Assembly: GCF_009914755.1 (NCBI RefSeq)
Contig: NC_060947.1
Reading direction: 5' to 3' (one strand)
DNA: 64,000 nucleotides
Origin: the human T2T-CHM13v2.0 reference genome, Homo sapiens
Below the pieces are notes generated by a model, which saw only the letters and a program-made list of their open reading frames with translations, was not told the origin of the DNA and searched no databases. Of the stretch, positions 13,068 through 32,071 are shown one piece after another. The position numbers and the translations under genes are program-made. Position 1 is the stretch's first letter, and each line of letters begins with the position of its first letter.

Positions 13068-14212
13068 GAACAAGCCTAAATTTCCAATGATGTAAGTTAG
13101 AATCTTCTTGCCCTGAAAGATACCCCTTTATCTTTTATCCAACTCTTACCCATAGTACTCTACCTCATGTGGGGCATGGAATCTCATGACACTCTACCTA
13201 GACTACAGGATAAATAAATAACAACCTGTCTTTTATGTGGTACCACCCGACTAATACCTAAGTATGCACAGGATTGATTTTAAAGTTGAAAAAACAGTAT
13301 TTCAATTCATTAAAGAAAGTAAAACTTAGAAATTACATGCTTAGTCTACACGAGTTTAATTACTTTAGTTATTTAGTAAATTTCAAATTAATTCCCGTTG
13401 GTGGTCAATAGAATACTTTGTATTTGGTGTAGAAACCAAATAAACTAGGCTAGTACCTTGACAGGACAAACAATGTTTGTGGTTGTAAAGCAAAAATTTT
13501 ATATACAAATTAGTTAAGTAAACTTTAAAATCTGTTTGGAGCAGTGGGCTGCATCTTTCAACTGCCTGCGCTAGGATGTGAATGTTTAATCCTACTGGCC
13601 CAAGCTCACTAGAGGGTTGCCACTCACTTTAAAGCCAAGACTACCACTGTCACTGCAATCCCACAAAAGCGAAAACTGGACAAGCTCTTTTAAAAGAATT
13701 TGAGTAGCTTTTGTCTTAAAATTTCTCTCTTTCTAGGTGATACCACTAGCATTATAAATCAACGGTATTGATTGTGAGGTAACTATACAGTTTTAAGATG
13801 CTGTTAATGAACACTATGGACAATTGATGGTGTAGCGAGTTGATACACTTCAGCTGTTTTCTTTTCGATTAGAGGAAAAAAAATCAGCAAAATAACAGCA
13901 TATATTAAGCTTATTTAGAAGTCGGCATCCAAAGTAAAAGAATTATCTATCGCACTTGATATCACTGTCATCTTTTGATACTCACCTACTCTCTTCTCAA
14001 AGAACTTAATCTTTCCTTGCAGTGAAATACTCTCCATTAAGTCTTAAAACCCAGTTCCAACATAAGTCTGTCGGCCACAAACTCAATGTATTACTTCATT
14101 AAAGTGCAGTTCATCCTAATGAGCTTCACTGGCAAGTCCTCAGTGAGGAACTCATGTTCTATCCTAGCAGCTTTGATAATTACTTACTTTACTATCTGCT
14201 TTGATGGTCTGT

Positions 14213-14778
14213 CATGATATTTGGAAAATGTAAAAGAAAGTAGAGGTTTCTTTCTGGATGGCCCAGGAGGTGGACCTGTCCAAGGACATTTGGCACTGGG
14301 AAGCCCTGAAGCCTGAGTAAAGATATTTTATATCCCATATTCTGGCTTTCTTTGCAGCATGTGATGGGATAATAGATGAAAACTTGGTGGAACAATTTGT
14401 TCAAGAAGTTCAGATTACAGAAACCTTCTGCTTCTATGGCTTCCAAATTGCTATAGAAAACATACATTCTGAAATAAATAATCTCCTTATTGACACATAT
14501 TAAAGATAACAAAGAAAGGGAATTTCTCTTCAGTGCCATTGAAACGATGCCTGTGTCAAGAAGAAGGCAGGTTGGGTCTTGTGTTGGATTGGGAACAAAG
14601 ACGTTACCCATGGAGAACGTGTTGCATGCAGCCTTTGCCCTGGTGGAAAGCACCTTCTTTTCTGGTTCTTTTGCATTGATATTCTGGCTCAAGAAACAAG
14701 GACTGATGCCTGGCCTCACATTTTCCAATGAACTTATTAGCAGTGATGAGGGTTTACACTGTTACTTTGCTTGCCTGA
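14213..14778 (+). pseudogene. RRM2: RRM2 processed pseudogene, inverted 5' segment (ribonucleotide reductase small subunit core)
   Basis: [51 protein letters not shown]...[14 protein letters not shown]...[41 protein letters not shown]; intronless, with stops and frameshifts. Confidence 0.95.
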
Positions 14779-14792
14779 GTGGGTGTGTTTTA

Positions 14793-15480
14793 AAGTTAGT
14801 CAGTAATGCCTTCTTGAGTAGAAAATATTTGGGCAATGACTTAAAGAATGTGAGAGAGTCAACAATTTGAATAATATCTAAGGGAGGAAGAGTGTTTTTA
14901 ACAGAGGGAACAGCAAGTGGTGTCTCCAGACAAAGGTTTGACTGGTCATTTCAATAAATAGCAAGAAGGCCATTGTGTCTTATGCTGAGTGGGGATGAAG
15001 TGGGAAGCTGTAAGGGATATGGACAGTGAAAAATTTATGGCAAAATTCTAAGGGCCTTAAAAGCTATTGTAGAAAACTTTGGTTATTTTGTTGAGATGGG
15101 TAGCCAGAAGAGAAATCTGAGCAGAAGAATTACATGAACGTATGTTCATTTGTAAAGGATCACCTGGCTAATGTGCTGAGAATAGACATTGGAGAGAGTT
15201 TTAAGTACAGAAGCAGGGTGACATTAGAGATGCTATTGCAATAATCCAAGAAAGAGAGGATAGTGTCTTGGTCTAGGCTGGTAACAGTGGAGATGATGAT
15301 AAGTGGCCATATTATGTATATGATTTGAAGCCAGAGACAATAAAATCAGCTGATGGATTAGATGTGAGATACTAAAGAAAGAATGAAATCAAATATGAAT
15401 GCCTCCCAGGAGTTTGGACTGAATTATTAGAAGAATAGTATTGCAATTACTTGTAATAGCCAAGTTGGGGGAAGGATCTT
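14793..15480 (-). mobile_element. LINE-2, right half continuing the element at 10815-11095
   Basis: acagagggaacagcaagtg...agcaagaaggccattgtg...gctattgcaataatccaag...gctgatggattagatgtg, typical L2 body. Confidence 0.7.
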
Positions 15481-16229
15481 ATTGGGCAGGAAATTTCTGG
15501 GGTTTGATTCAAGATAATACTTGGGTTCTCTCATCATTACCTTTACAGTGCAAAGGAAGATAATCATTAAATGATTTGTAAAACGCTTGTAAAATGAAAC
15601 TGAATGTGCAGGAATTCATGAATGTATTAACGAATCAGACAATAAACAAGAGTATGTGCCCTAGGCTTTGCTGTAATTCATGAGTGTTAACTGATCCACA
15701 TCATGAGCCAGAGTCAGATGATACATCTGGGTATGACGAAAATAGCAGAAAGATTAAACAAAAAGTTGAGACCATAACCAAGCCCAGTAGAGTTTGTCAT
15801 TGACAACATATCAAATCAAGAGACAGTTAAAAGAGAAAACCAAGAGCTCACAGTAGAAATGTTGCATATGAGTGTATGAGCAGTGAAGCAGTAACAACAA
15901 CAGCATGTGAAAGAATGATACAAAATTACCATCCCACAGATGTGGTTTGACCTTCAAGGATACTTTTGATGTGCCATAGAAATAATTTCAGCTGTTACAC
16001 TGTAAGACAGCTAAAATGGAGGTAAAATTCCGAGAATTAAAAAAAAGAAACAGAAAAACACAGGAAATCAGTATACTGAAGAGATATCTGTACTCTCATG
16101 TTAGTTGTGGCACTGTTCACAGTAGCCAAGATTTGATGGATTACTATTCATCCAGAGTATATCATCCTCTTCAGAAGCCTCATCTATTTGTTTCAGGTGG
16201 TAGAACATCATGGTGAGGATTTGTAGCAT

Positions 16230-17480
16230 GAAAATTTCTAGAGACCATTGGTCTGGGCTGGGCAAATATTTTTTAAGACCTCACAAGTACAGGAAATTGA
16301 AGCAAAACTGGACAAATGGGATCACATCAAGTTAAAAAGTGTCTGCAAAGGCAAGGAAACAATAAGCAAAATGAAGAGACAACACACAGAATGGGAGAAA
16401 ATATTTGCAAACAACACATCTGACAAAGAATTAATTACCAGAACATATAAGGAACTCAAACAACTCATTACAAAAAAAGAAAACAAATCTGATTAAAAAT
16501 AGGTAAAAGATCTGAAGAAGCATTTATCAATAAAGAACATAGAAATGGTGAAAAGGTATATAAAAATGTTCAAGATCACTAATCATCAGAGAAGTGCTAC
16601 AACGAGATATCCTGTCACTCTAGTTAAAATGGCTTTTATCACAAAGGCAATAACAGATGCTGGTGAGGATGGGGAGAAAAGGGAAACCTCGTACACTATT
16701 GGTGGGAATGTAAATTAGTACAACCACTATGAAGGACACTTTGGAGGTTCCTCAAAATAATAAAACTAGAGCTATCGTATGATCCTGAAATCCCACTGCT
16801 GGGTATATACCCAAAAGAAAGGAAATCAGTATATTGAAAAGATATCCGCACTCCTGTGTTGGTTGCAGCACTGTTCAAAATAGCCAAGATTTGAAAGCAA
16901 CCAAAGTCTCCATCAACAGATGATGAATGGATAAAGAAAATGTGGTACATATACACAATGGAGTACTATTCAGCCACAGAAAAGAATGAGATCCAGTTAT
17001 TTACAACAACATGGATGGCATTGGATATCATTATGTTAAGTTAAATAAGCCAGGTACAGAAAGACAAATGTTGGATGTTCTCAGTTACTTGTGGGGTCTA
17101 AAAAAAAAAAAAAACTATTGAACTCATGGAGATAGAGAGTAGAAGGATGGCTACCAGAGGCTGGGAAGGGTAGTGGGGGCTGTTAATGAGTACAAAAAAA
17201 TAGTTAGATAGGATGAAAAACACCTACTATCTGATAGCAAAACAGAGTGACTACAGTCATTAATAGCTTAATTGTACATTTTAAATTAACTTAAAGTTTG
17301 CAATTAGATTGCTTGTAACACAAAGGATAAATGCTTGAGGGTGTGAATGCCCAATCTTCCATGATGTGATTATAATGCGCTGCATGGCTATATCAATACA
17401 TCTTATATACCCCATAAATATATACATCTACTAGGTACCCACACAAATTATAAATAACAAATTTACAAAAAATAGAAAAT
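16230..17480 (+). mobile_element. L1MA-type 3' end (decayed ORF2 C-terminus and 3'UTR)
   Basis: LDKWDHIKLKS...EWEKIFAN; ttgaactcatggagatagagagtagaaggatgg 3'UTR; A-rich end. Confidence 0.85.
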
Positions 17481-17720
17481 TAAAAAACACATTCTCAAAA
17501 TCATCAAAAGCTATTGACTGTTGCTACTGCTTATTGTGTGAAAAAGATCTTCGTGGTAAAATAAATGGGCTAACCTTTAGAAAATCAGGCAATAACAAAA
17601 GCTGGAGAGGATGTAGAGAAAAGGGAATCCTCATATACTGTTAGCAGGAATGTAAATTAGTACAGCCACTATGGAAAACAATATGCAGGTTTCGCAAAAA
17701 ACTAAAAAGAAAACCATATG

Positions 17721-18136
<416 letters not shown>

Positions 18137-18230
18137 TCATGTCTGTTGTGGCATTATTCACAATAGCTAAGATAATGAAAGCAAACTAAGCATTCACCGA
18201 TGGATGAATGGATGAAGAAAATGTTATATC

Positions 18231-18235
18231 TATAC

Positions 18236-18282
<47 letters not shown>
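18231..18282. repeat. (TACA)n(TA)n microsatellite
   Basis: Direct read. Confidence 0.95.
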
Positions 18283-18286
<4 letters not shown>

Positions 18287-19291
18287 CATCATTCAGCCAT
18301 AAAATGATACATAACAAGATGATAATAAAAATAATATAATCCTGTCATTTGCAAATACATGAACAGTACTGGCAGTCATTATGTTAAGTGAAATAAGTCT
18401 GGCACAGAAAGACAAATATTGCATGTTCTCATTCATACATGGGAGATTTAAAAAAACGAACTCATGGAGATAGAGGATGAAATAATGGTTACTGGAGCTG
18501 GGAAGAGTGGTAGGTAATGGAGGATAAAGAGTGGTTGGTTAATGGATACAAAGATACAGTTAGATAGAAGGAATAAGATATAATGTTTGGTAGCACAATA
18601 GGGTGACTATAGTTAACAATCATTTATCATACATTTAAAAATAAATAGACAAATGGGATTGGAATGTATCTAACAAAAATAAGTGATAAATGTTTAAAGT
18701 GATTCATATCTCAGTAACCCTGATTTGATATTACATATTGTATGACTACATCAAAATATCCCATGTACCTCATAAATATGTACAACTAATATGAATGCAT
18801 AAATATAAAAGTTAATAATCAAGAAATAATATTTCTTACCTCAAAGTGTTGTTGTAAGGCTTATGTGTTGAAAATGATAACTATCATTTTATATTTCTAT
18901 TCAGCATAAAACTTGCAAATATTGCTGAGTTTAGTTATTTAACTTTGGAATAGGTACTGTAGTACAGCTCCAACAAGCAGATATTAACTGCAAAAGGCAA
19001 GAGTGTGTAGGTTAAGAAGAATAAAAAAGTTAAAGTTAACCCCAAGGAAAAAGAAAAAGGCTTCTGTTATTTGCACCCTTTCTTTCAGCATTAATCAAAT
19101 ATTATTTTTAATTCAGGTACGATAAATAGTTTTAATATGTTGAATGGGGAGTCTGTGTGACTGTCTGTGAGGATATTTGTGTATATCTTGAGTTCTAGTA
19201 AGTACCTGATGTTATCCACAATATTTTAGGCAAGTCACTTTAATTCTTAACCTCTATGAGTATCAATTTATTCAACAATGTAATTAATTGA

Positions 19292-19562
<271 letters not shown>

Positions 19563-20289
19563 CAGTTATCCAAATATTGCTAAGATTTCTTCTTCTAAAC
19601 ATTCCATGATGATATGATTTAAATGAATAGGGCCCAATGTGTCTTAGAATGACAGGATCACAGTTTTAAAAAATCTAAATGACTAGACTAGCACTATGTT
19701 TTTATTTCTTTGTTATTTCCTTTTTCTCTAGAGATGGTGACATGGATTCTCCTTTGAGAGAAGGAAATATCTTTGTTCTAGGGTAAGATAAAAAAATGAA
19801 TGATCCTTTTAGTTTTGCAAAATTAAAACTAGATCTCATTATAAAATGGAATGCCAAAGTGTCTGGATAATACAGAAATAGCAAGGTAACATCTATGCAG
19901 CTCATAAAACTAAATTGATTATATCTAATCTCGAGGATTTGGGACGAGGTTAGTAAAGTAGGCGAACCATAATAAGACCTACAGGAAAATGTTGGCAGGC
20001 CAGGGGATAAGATGAGAAGAGGAACGTAAGATTACTTGGCTGGACTCTATGAGCAAATATAGGTAACATGCAGTTTTAGGACAGTTTATGAAGAGTAATT
20101 TATTTGTGTTATACTCAGTTCTGCAGTAGATATTGTTAAATATTATAATCTGGTCTTAGCTATAACACTGGTAAATTGAGACAAGGATTTATGCCCATTC
20201 AAGTTTCAAGGCAGTAAAGGGGATAGCAATAGATACCAGAAGGCGTACTGTTATTAGATAGCTTAAAAATTATATGTAAATTAAAATCA

Positions 20290-22660
<2,371 letters not shown>

Positions 22661-22921
22661 TATTTTATTAAATAACTCTATTGGTTGAAAAATGGTTAGT
22701 TTTTCCAGTTTAAGGTGAAAGTAAAATCATTTAATGTTTTGCTTCCCTAGACTAGTTGATCTTTATACAGAGGCACAGGTTCACAGTATAAAGACAAAAT
22801 AAGCTTTAGAACTATTGCTAATATCTTTTCAAAACCCAGTGGGTAAGAGCCGCAACCCAAAGCACACTACCTCTCCACAGAGTACATGATATATATTGTA
22901 GATATTGGGATGTGTTTTCTT

Positions 22922-23188
22922 TCTTTTTGAGGTGGAGTCTTGCTCTGTCGCCCAGGCTGGAGTGCAGTGGCGTGATCTCACTGCGACCTCTGCCACCTGT
23001 GTTCAAGCTTTTCTCCTGCCTCAGCCTCCCATATAGCTGGGACTACAGGCACGCACCACCACGCCCAGTTAATTTTTGCATTTTTAGTAGAGACGGGGTT
23101 TCGCCATGTTGGCTAGGCTGGTCTTGAACTCCTGACCTCAGGTGATCAGCCCGCCTCGGCCTCCCAAAGTGCTAGGATTACAGACATG
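22922..23188 (-). mobile_element. AluSx-like, slightly 5'-truncated
   Basis: TSD gggat(g/c)tgttttctt at 22907-22921 and 23189-23203. Confidence 0.93.
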
Positions 23189-23709
23189 GGGATCTGTTTT
23201 CTTATAAAAAGTCTTGGATGTTTTCTTCTTTGGCCAAATGAGAGCCAGCATTTCTGATACGAGATATGAACATTTGTACTAACATCAGCACAAGCCTTGT
23301 GTCTGTCTTACTGCCTAAAGAAAAACAAGAGAGTATGCCACTGAGGTCTCAACTTCTTATAAAGTCAGTTGAATGTAGTCCTCTTGTTGAAAATAGAAAG
23401 GGGAGAAAGAAAAAGAGCAGACAAATTATTCTGATTATGACCCGCTTGTAATTTCCAAGCATATCCTCATGGCCAGACATCCAAGGATTGAGCCACAATA
23501 GGCAAAAATAGCTCACCAGTTCTCTAAATACACAGAGCTAGATTCTAACCAGACATTTACATTTTAACCACAATATTACATTCTAAATTCAAATTGTTTG
23601 ATTCGACTAAGTTGCATTCACCAATGTTATATCTTAGAAGTAGATGATGTAATTACTCTAGAAAATAGCCTAGTGACACAATGACCAAAGAATGAAAGTT
23701 TTGACTCCA

Positions 23710-23719
23710 GTGTGTGTGT

Positions 23720-23773
<54 letters not shown>
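23710..23773. repeat. (TG)n microsatellite, about 31 units
   Basis: Direct read. Confidence 0.97.
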
Positions 23774-23774
<1 letters not shown>

Positions 23775-25171
23775 GTCCTGTAGGGTTCGTGACCTAAGAT
23801 TGGGAATTTTTCTCAGAAATTACTTACCAAGAGTTTACCACAAATGGACACATGTGGAGTGGGGGAGAGAGAGTGTAATAATATCTGTCCTTAGATTTAT
23901 TAGTAAAAATTTAGGGTCATAATATAAACCCTACAGTTAATTTTAAATACTATGGTTTTATTTTCTCCATATGCAGCCTCTGATAAAGAAATAGGGATAT
24001 ATTATTTAGAGGAGTCAGACATTCTTCAAACTAAGTGAATTTATGGGAAGCAGAATAGAAAGATCTCTAATCTGACTGCAAGTCCAAAAATATGAAGGCA
24101 CATTAGGAAGATCACATGCCTGGATTCCCTTCCTTTATAGAAACAACAAATAATGTGTTTGATATTAGTGTACATGGAGAATAGCATTAGATACGGTGGT
24201 TATCCAAGAAATCTCAGCACAGAAATCTCTAGTATAAGGCTTGATGACCCAAACCGAACAGGCTATTTACTACCTTTACTACTGGCTGTATAATTTCAAT
24301 TATTGAACTGACTGGCTAAACAAGCATTACTGTACAGCTGAAAAACCCTAAAGAAATTACAGACAGGCTATTAAACTATGATTTATGAAATCAGCTTTTG
24401 TTCAGCCAAGTGATTAGAATTTAATAAGTTGGCCTACTTAGCTCTGAATTGGCCACAACCACTCAGAAGAAAAAACAATTTTATGATAAATAAGCTTATG
24501 CAAGGATTCATATCTCATATCCTAATAGGCCATTTACTCAATTATAAAACAGTTCTTCAAATTTCAGTGATAGGTACTTCAGGGAAAATAAAATAGTGTA
24601 AAATGTGGGCCCTGACCTCAGGAAGCTTATTTGGTTTAACATGTGACCCAACTGTGTACACCAATACTTACATCACAGCGCACCATTGTGGCATGAATAC
24701 AACACTGTGGAGGTCAGATGTGGACAAAAATTCTGTCATCTGAGAAGCTAAAAGAATATTTCAAAAAAAGTAGCACTTTATTAGGCTTTAATAGTGTGTC
24801 TTGTTTGGGTATAAAGGAACTGAGAGTTGCATAAAATATACATGGAATAGAAGACTAGGCAACTCTATTAAAGTCCACTAAGAAGAGTACAGGTAAATAA
24901 AACCGGATTTAGAAAATATAGGGTCAGATACTGAACAATAGAGATGTGACTTCTGAAGTGGGAATATCACAATATGTGGTGGCTAATAGTTTTAATTGGA
25001 TTTAATTAACCAAATACTTGTCAGGTGCCTAATATGTGCCAGATGCAGGGAATTATGGGGCAGAAATAGTTAAGGCAAGGAAAGAAAATAGACAATTGTT
25101 ATAGTCAAGGTGTGTGGTAATGAGGATCAGCATGAGGGTGCAAATTAGAGAAGTCAAAGATTGAAAAAAAA

Positions 25172-25423
25172 GGCCAGGCACATTGGCTCATGCTTATAAT
25201 CTCAGCATTTTGGGAGGCCAAGGTGGGCAGACCACTTGAGCCCAGGAGTTCCAGACTAGCCTTGCCAACATGGCAAAACCCCATCACTACAAACACAGAA
25301 AAACAACCAACCAACCAAAAAATAACCCAGGTGTGGTGGCACTTTCCTGTAGTCCTCCCAGCTACTCAGGAGGCTGAGGTGGGAGGATCACCTGAGCCTG
25401 GGATGTCAAGGCTACAGTAAATC
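25172..25423 (+). mobile_element. AluJ-like, 3' end missing
   Basis: cttgagcccaggagttc, gggaggatcacctgagcctggg J diagnostics; stops at gctacagtaa. Confidence 0.9.
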
Positions 25424-25758
25424 AGGAAGAGTTCATGTCCTTTTCAGGGACATAGATGAAGTTGGAAACCATCATACTCAGCAAACTAACACAGGAACAG
25501 AAAACCAAACACCACATGTTCTCACTCATAAGTGGAAGTTGAACAATGAGAACACATGGACACAGGGAGGGGAACATCACCCACCGGGGCCTGTTGGGGG
25601 GTGGGGGTCTGGGGGAGGGATAGCATTAGGAGAAATACCTAAGGTAGATGACAGGTTGATTAGTGCAGCAAACCACCATGGCACGTGTATACCTATGTAA
25701 CAAACCTGCACGTTCTGCATATGTATCCCAGAACGTAAAGTATAATTTAAAAAAAAAA
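25424..25758 (+). mobile_element. L1PA7/8-like 3' end
   Basis: gagttcatgtccttt...gcagcaaaccaccatggcacgtgtatacctatgtaacaaacctgcacgttctgc, then A tail. Confidence 0.9.
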
Positions 25759-25920
25759 CACAGAAACCCCATTACTGAGTATATACCCAAAGAAATAGAA
25801 ATCATTCTATTACAAGGACACATGCATGCACATATTCACTGCAACACTATTCACAATAGCAAAGACGTGGAATCAACATAAATGTCCATCAACGATAGAC
25901 TAGATAAACAAAATATGGAG
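25759..25920 (+). mobile_element. L1PB-like ORF2 3' fragment
   Basis: cccattactgagtatatacccaaagaaatagaaatcattctattac...tcacaatagcaaagacgtggaatcaac. Confidence 0.75.
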
Positions 25921-25969
25921 GTTGCCTACTTTTCTCCAATTTTTTGTCAGATTGTTAGGGAAACTTGGT

Positions 25970-27015
25970 TCTATGGGTTGCATTGTATCTGCCCAAAAAT
26001 GATATGGTGAAGTCATAACTCACTCCTAGTACTTCAGAATGTGAGCTTATTTAAAAAGAGGATCTGTTTAAGTATTATTAGTTAAGATGAGGTCTTACTG
26101 GAGTAGAGATGGCCCATAATCTAAAATGACTGACTTCCTCATAAAAAGACTGCCGTGTGAAGACACAGACATACACAAAGAGAATGCTATGTGTTGATAA
26201 AAACAGATATGGGAGTTATATAACTGCAAGCAAAGAAACATCAAAATTTGCCAGCAAACTACCAGAGACTAAAACCAGAGACGGAAGGAAAAATCCCCAT
26301 TGTTTAAAAAGTGTGTGGCGATTCCTCAGGGATATAGAACTAGAAATACCATTTGACCCAGCCATCCCGTTACTGGGTATATACCCAAAGGATTACAGAT
26401 CATGCTGCTATAAAGACACAAGCACACGTATGTTTATTGCGGCACTATTCACAATAGCAAAGACTTGGAACCAACCAACCCAAATGTCCAACAATGATAG
26501 ACTGGATTAAGAAAATGTGGCATATATACACCATGGAATACTATGCGGCCATAAAAAATGATGAGTTCATGTCCTTTGTAGGGACATGGGTGAAGCTGGA
26601 AACCATCATTCTCAGCAAACTATTGCAAGGACAAAATCCAAACACGGCGTGTTCTCACTCATAGGTGGGAATTGAACAATGAGAACACATGGACACAGGA
26701 AGGGGAACATCACACACCAGGGCCTGTTGTGGGGTGGGGGGAGAGGGGAGAGATAGCATTAGGAGACATACCTAATGTTAAATGACGAGTTACTGGGTGC
26801 AGCACACCAACATGGCACATGTGTACATATGTAACAAACGTGCACGTTGTGCACACGTACCCTAAAATTTAAAGTATTAAAAAAAAAAGTACCATGGCTT
26901 CTGACACCTTGGTTTTGGACTGGTAGCCTCCAGAACTGTGAGACAATAATTTTGTTTGTTTTAAGCCTCCCACTTTATGGTACTCTGTTACACTAGTCCT
27001 AGTAAACTAATACAC
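25970..27015 (+). mobile_element. MaLR LTR (MLT1B/C-like) split by an L1PA insertion
   Basis: tatgggttgcattgtatc...agttaagatgaggtc...; resumes at ~26891 with gacaccttggttttggac...ctccagaactgtgagacaata...aaactaataca. Confidence 0.85.
26313..26888 (+). mobile_element. 5'-truncated L1 (L1PA4/5-like)
   Basis: [22 protein letters not shown]; 3'UTR; TSD aaaaagt at 26306-26312 and 26884-26890 with ttt/aaaa endonuclease site. Confidence 0.93.
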
Positions 27016-27927
27016 CTGGTAACTCTACCATTAAAACACATTCATGATTTAATAACCTTTCATCATCTGCATTGCTAAGTCCTTTATCTAATGGGTTTCA
27101 TATAAGCTTTTTTGATAAATATAATATACTCCTGGAAACCATGCATCTACATGAAAAACCATTGAATTTCTAAAATAGTATTAATTTAAATAGTAAAATA
27201 ATTATGCATTCTACGCCAGCCAAAAATATCTCAACATTTATCACAGAATAAATAAAAGCTGAGCAATGAAATTCAAGTTCATGTAAGTAATGCATACAAA
27301 TTTCAATTTAAATGAAGATTTTATACGTTAAGTGTGATGCAGTGAGGATTTACTATACTCACCAAGGGAAGAAGAAAAGACGTGATAGTGGGTGGTGATT
27401 GGTTGAGAAGGAGAGGCACAATATGTCTTTAGAAAGTGGTGAGAACTCAGATGACTGACCTTCAGGTAGGCATTTAATATCTTCTTATACCCAGTAGGGT
27501 GAGCTAATCCCAAAGAGAGGTAAATATTTTCTTTCCACATCTTTTCAAGCCTCTTCATCACAACCATATTTTACTTAATGCCTAAAGCTTTTCTCATTCA
27601 TTTTATTTTTTTCCTGTGCTATTTATTCACCAAGTTTTCAAACATTTGGGAATTTATAGTATTCTTGCACTATAATTGTATTAAAAATAAAGTTACAATA
27701 TAGAATAACATTTTAGGTTGAAATGGAGGTTGAACATGGGGGCACTTTCAATTCCATGGAAATAGTTAATGTGCACAATAGACTAAAGAATAACAAAATA
27801 TGCTATATTTTCATCCCACTCATGTGGTATGCCTACACCAAGTAAAAGTTTTTAGGTTCATCCAAATATGATACACAACTCAAATGTATTCCACATGACA
27901 TATGCTGACTAGAAACTGTTGGATTGA

Positions 27928-28405
<478 letters not shown>

Positions 28406-28579
28406 TTAAGGGTTCTTAAGGCAAAATCGTGAACTGACTGTTATTACGTTAGCTAAATCTGTTTTGTTCAGTGTCACTCACATCATGTGACTCTAAATAT
28501 TTCTTCTTTCTGACAATGTCTTGCATATCTCTACCCTTTAAAGGTCTATAGGTATTTTAAGAGTTCTCTAGTCAATAGC

Positions 28580-28636
28580 TTTTTTTTTTTTCCTTTTTCC
28601 TTTTTCCTTTTTCTTTTTTTTTTTTTTTTTTTTTTT
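28580..28636. repeat. Poly(T)/pyrimidine tract
   Basis: Direct read; flanked by tagc on both sides. Confidence 0.9.
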
Positions 28637-28870
28637 AGCAGAGAGTACAGTTCTTCTTAGAAAATTATTAGATCAGATTAGGGAGATTTCAAAATATTTA
28701 TCACCTTTTAATTTCTTTAAAGAAATTCTAATCAGACTGAATATCACCAAGATCATAGGCATGAAGGCTTTGAATTAATATGTTCTACTTGCACAGGAAA
28801 ATATATCAGTTCATTTGAGTGAGGGTACTGTCTCAGACCCCATGCTCTATTGGGCAATCCACCCTTATTG

Positions 28871-31847
<2,977 letters not shown>

Positions 31848-31945
31848 TCATTTATTAAAACAAAGTTTTTATATTTTTATAATAGTGTTTCACTTGATAA
31901 ATATTTTTGAATAAATGAATGAGGAAATTAAAGAAAAAAAAAAAA
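31848..31945 (+). other. L1 3' transduction (~85 nt) with its own AATAAA and second poly(A)
   Basis: Non-L1 sequence between two A tails; AATAAA at 31910-31915; candidate TSD aagaaga at 28944-28950 and 31944-31950. Confidence 0.75.
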
Positions 31946-31954
31946 GAAGATACG

Positions 31955-32071
31955 CACTATTTGGATGCCATTTTTGGGACTTAATATGTGGTATACACTT
32001 TTATTTTAAAATATTTATTTACTTGAAATTCAACTTTAACTTGGTGTCCTATATTTTATCTGGCAATTCTA
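31955..32071 (+). mobile_element. MER53, right arm
   Basis: tttgggac...tgaaattcaactttaacttggtgtcctatattttatctggcaattcta is the inverse complement of the left arm. Confidence 0.8.

Noticed and set aside
14192-14728. 178-aa minus-strand ORF
   Set aside because: Antisense shadow of the inverted RRM2 segment; no recognisable protein
14490-14870. 126-aa ORF as a functional RRM2/RRM2B gene
   Set aside because: Starts at a non-ATG codon, drifts out of frame mid-way, is preceded by stops and runs into L2; the C-terminus (NSFTLDADF) and UTR match RRM2, but this is a pseudogene
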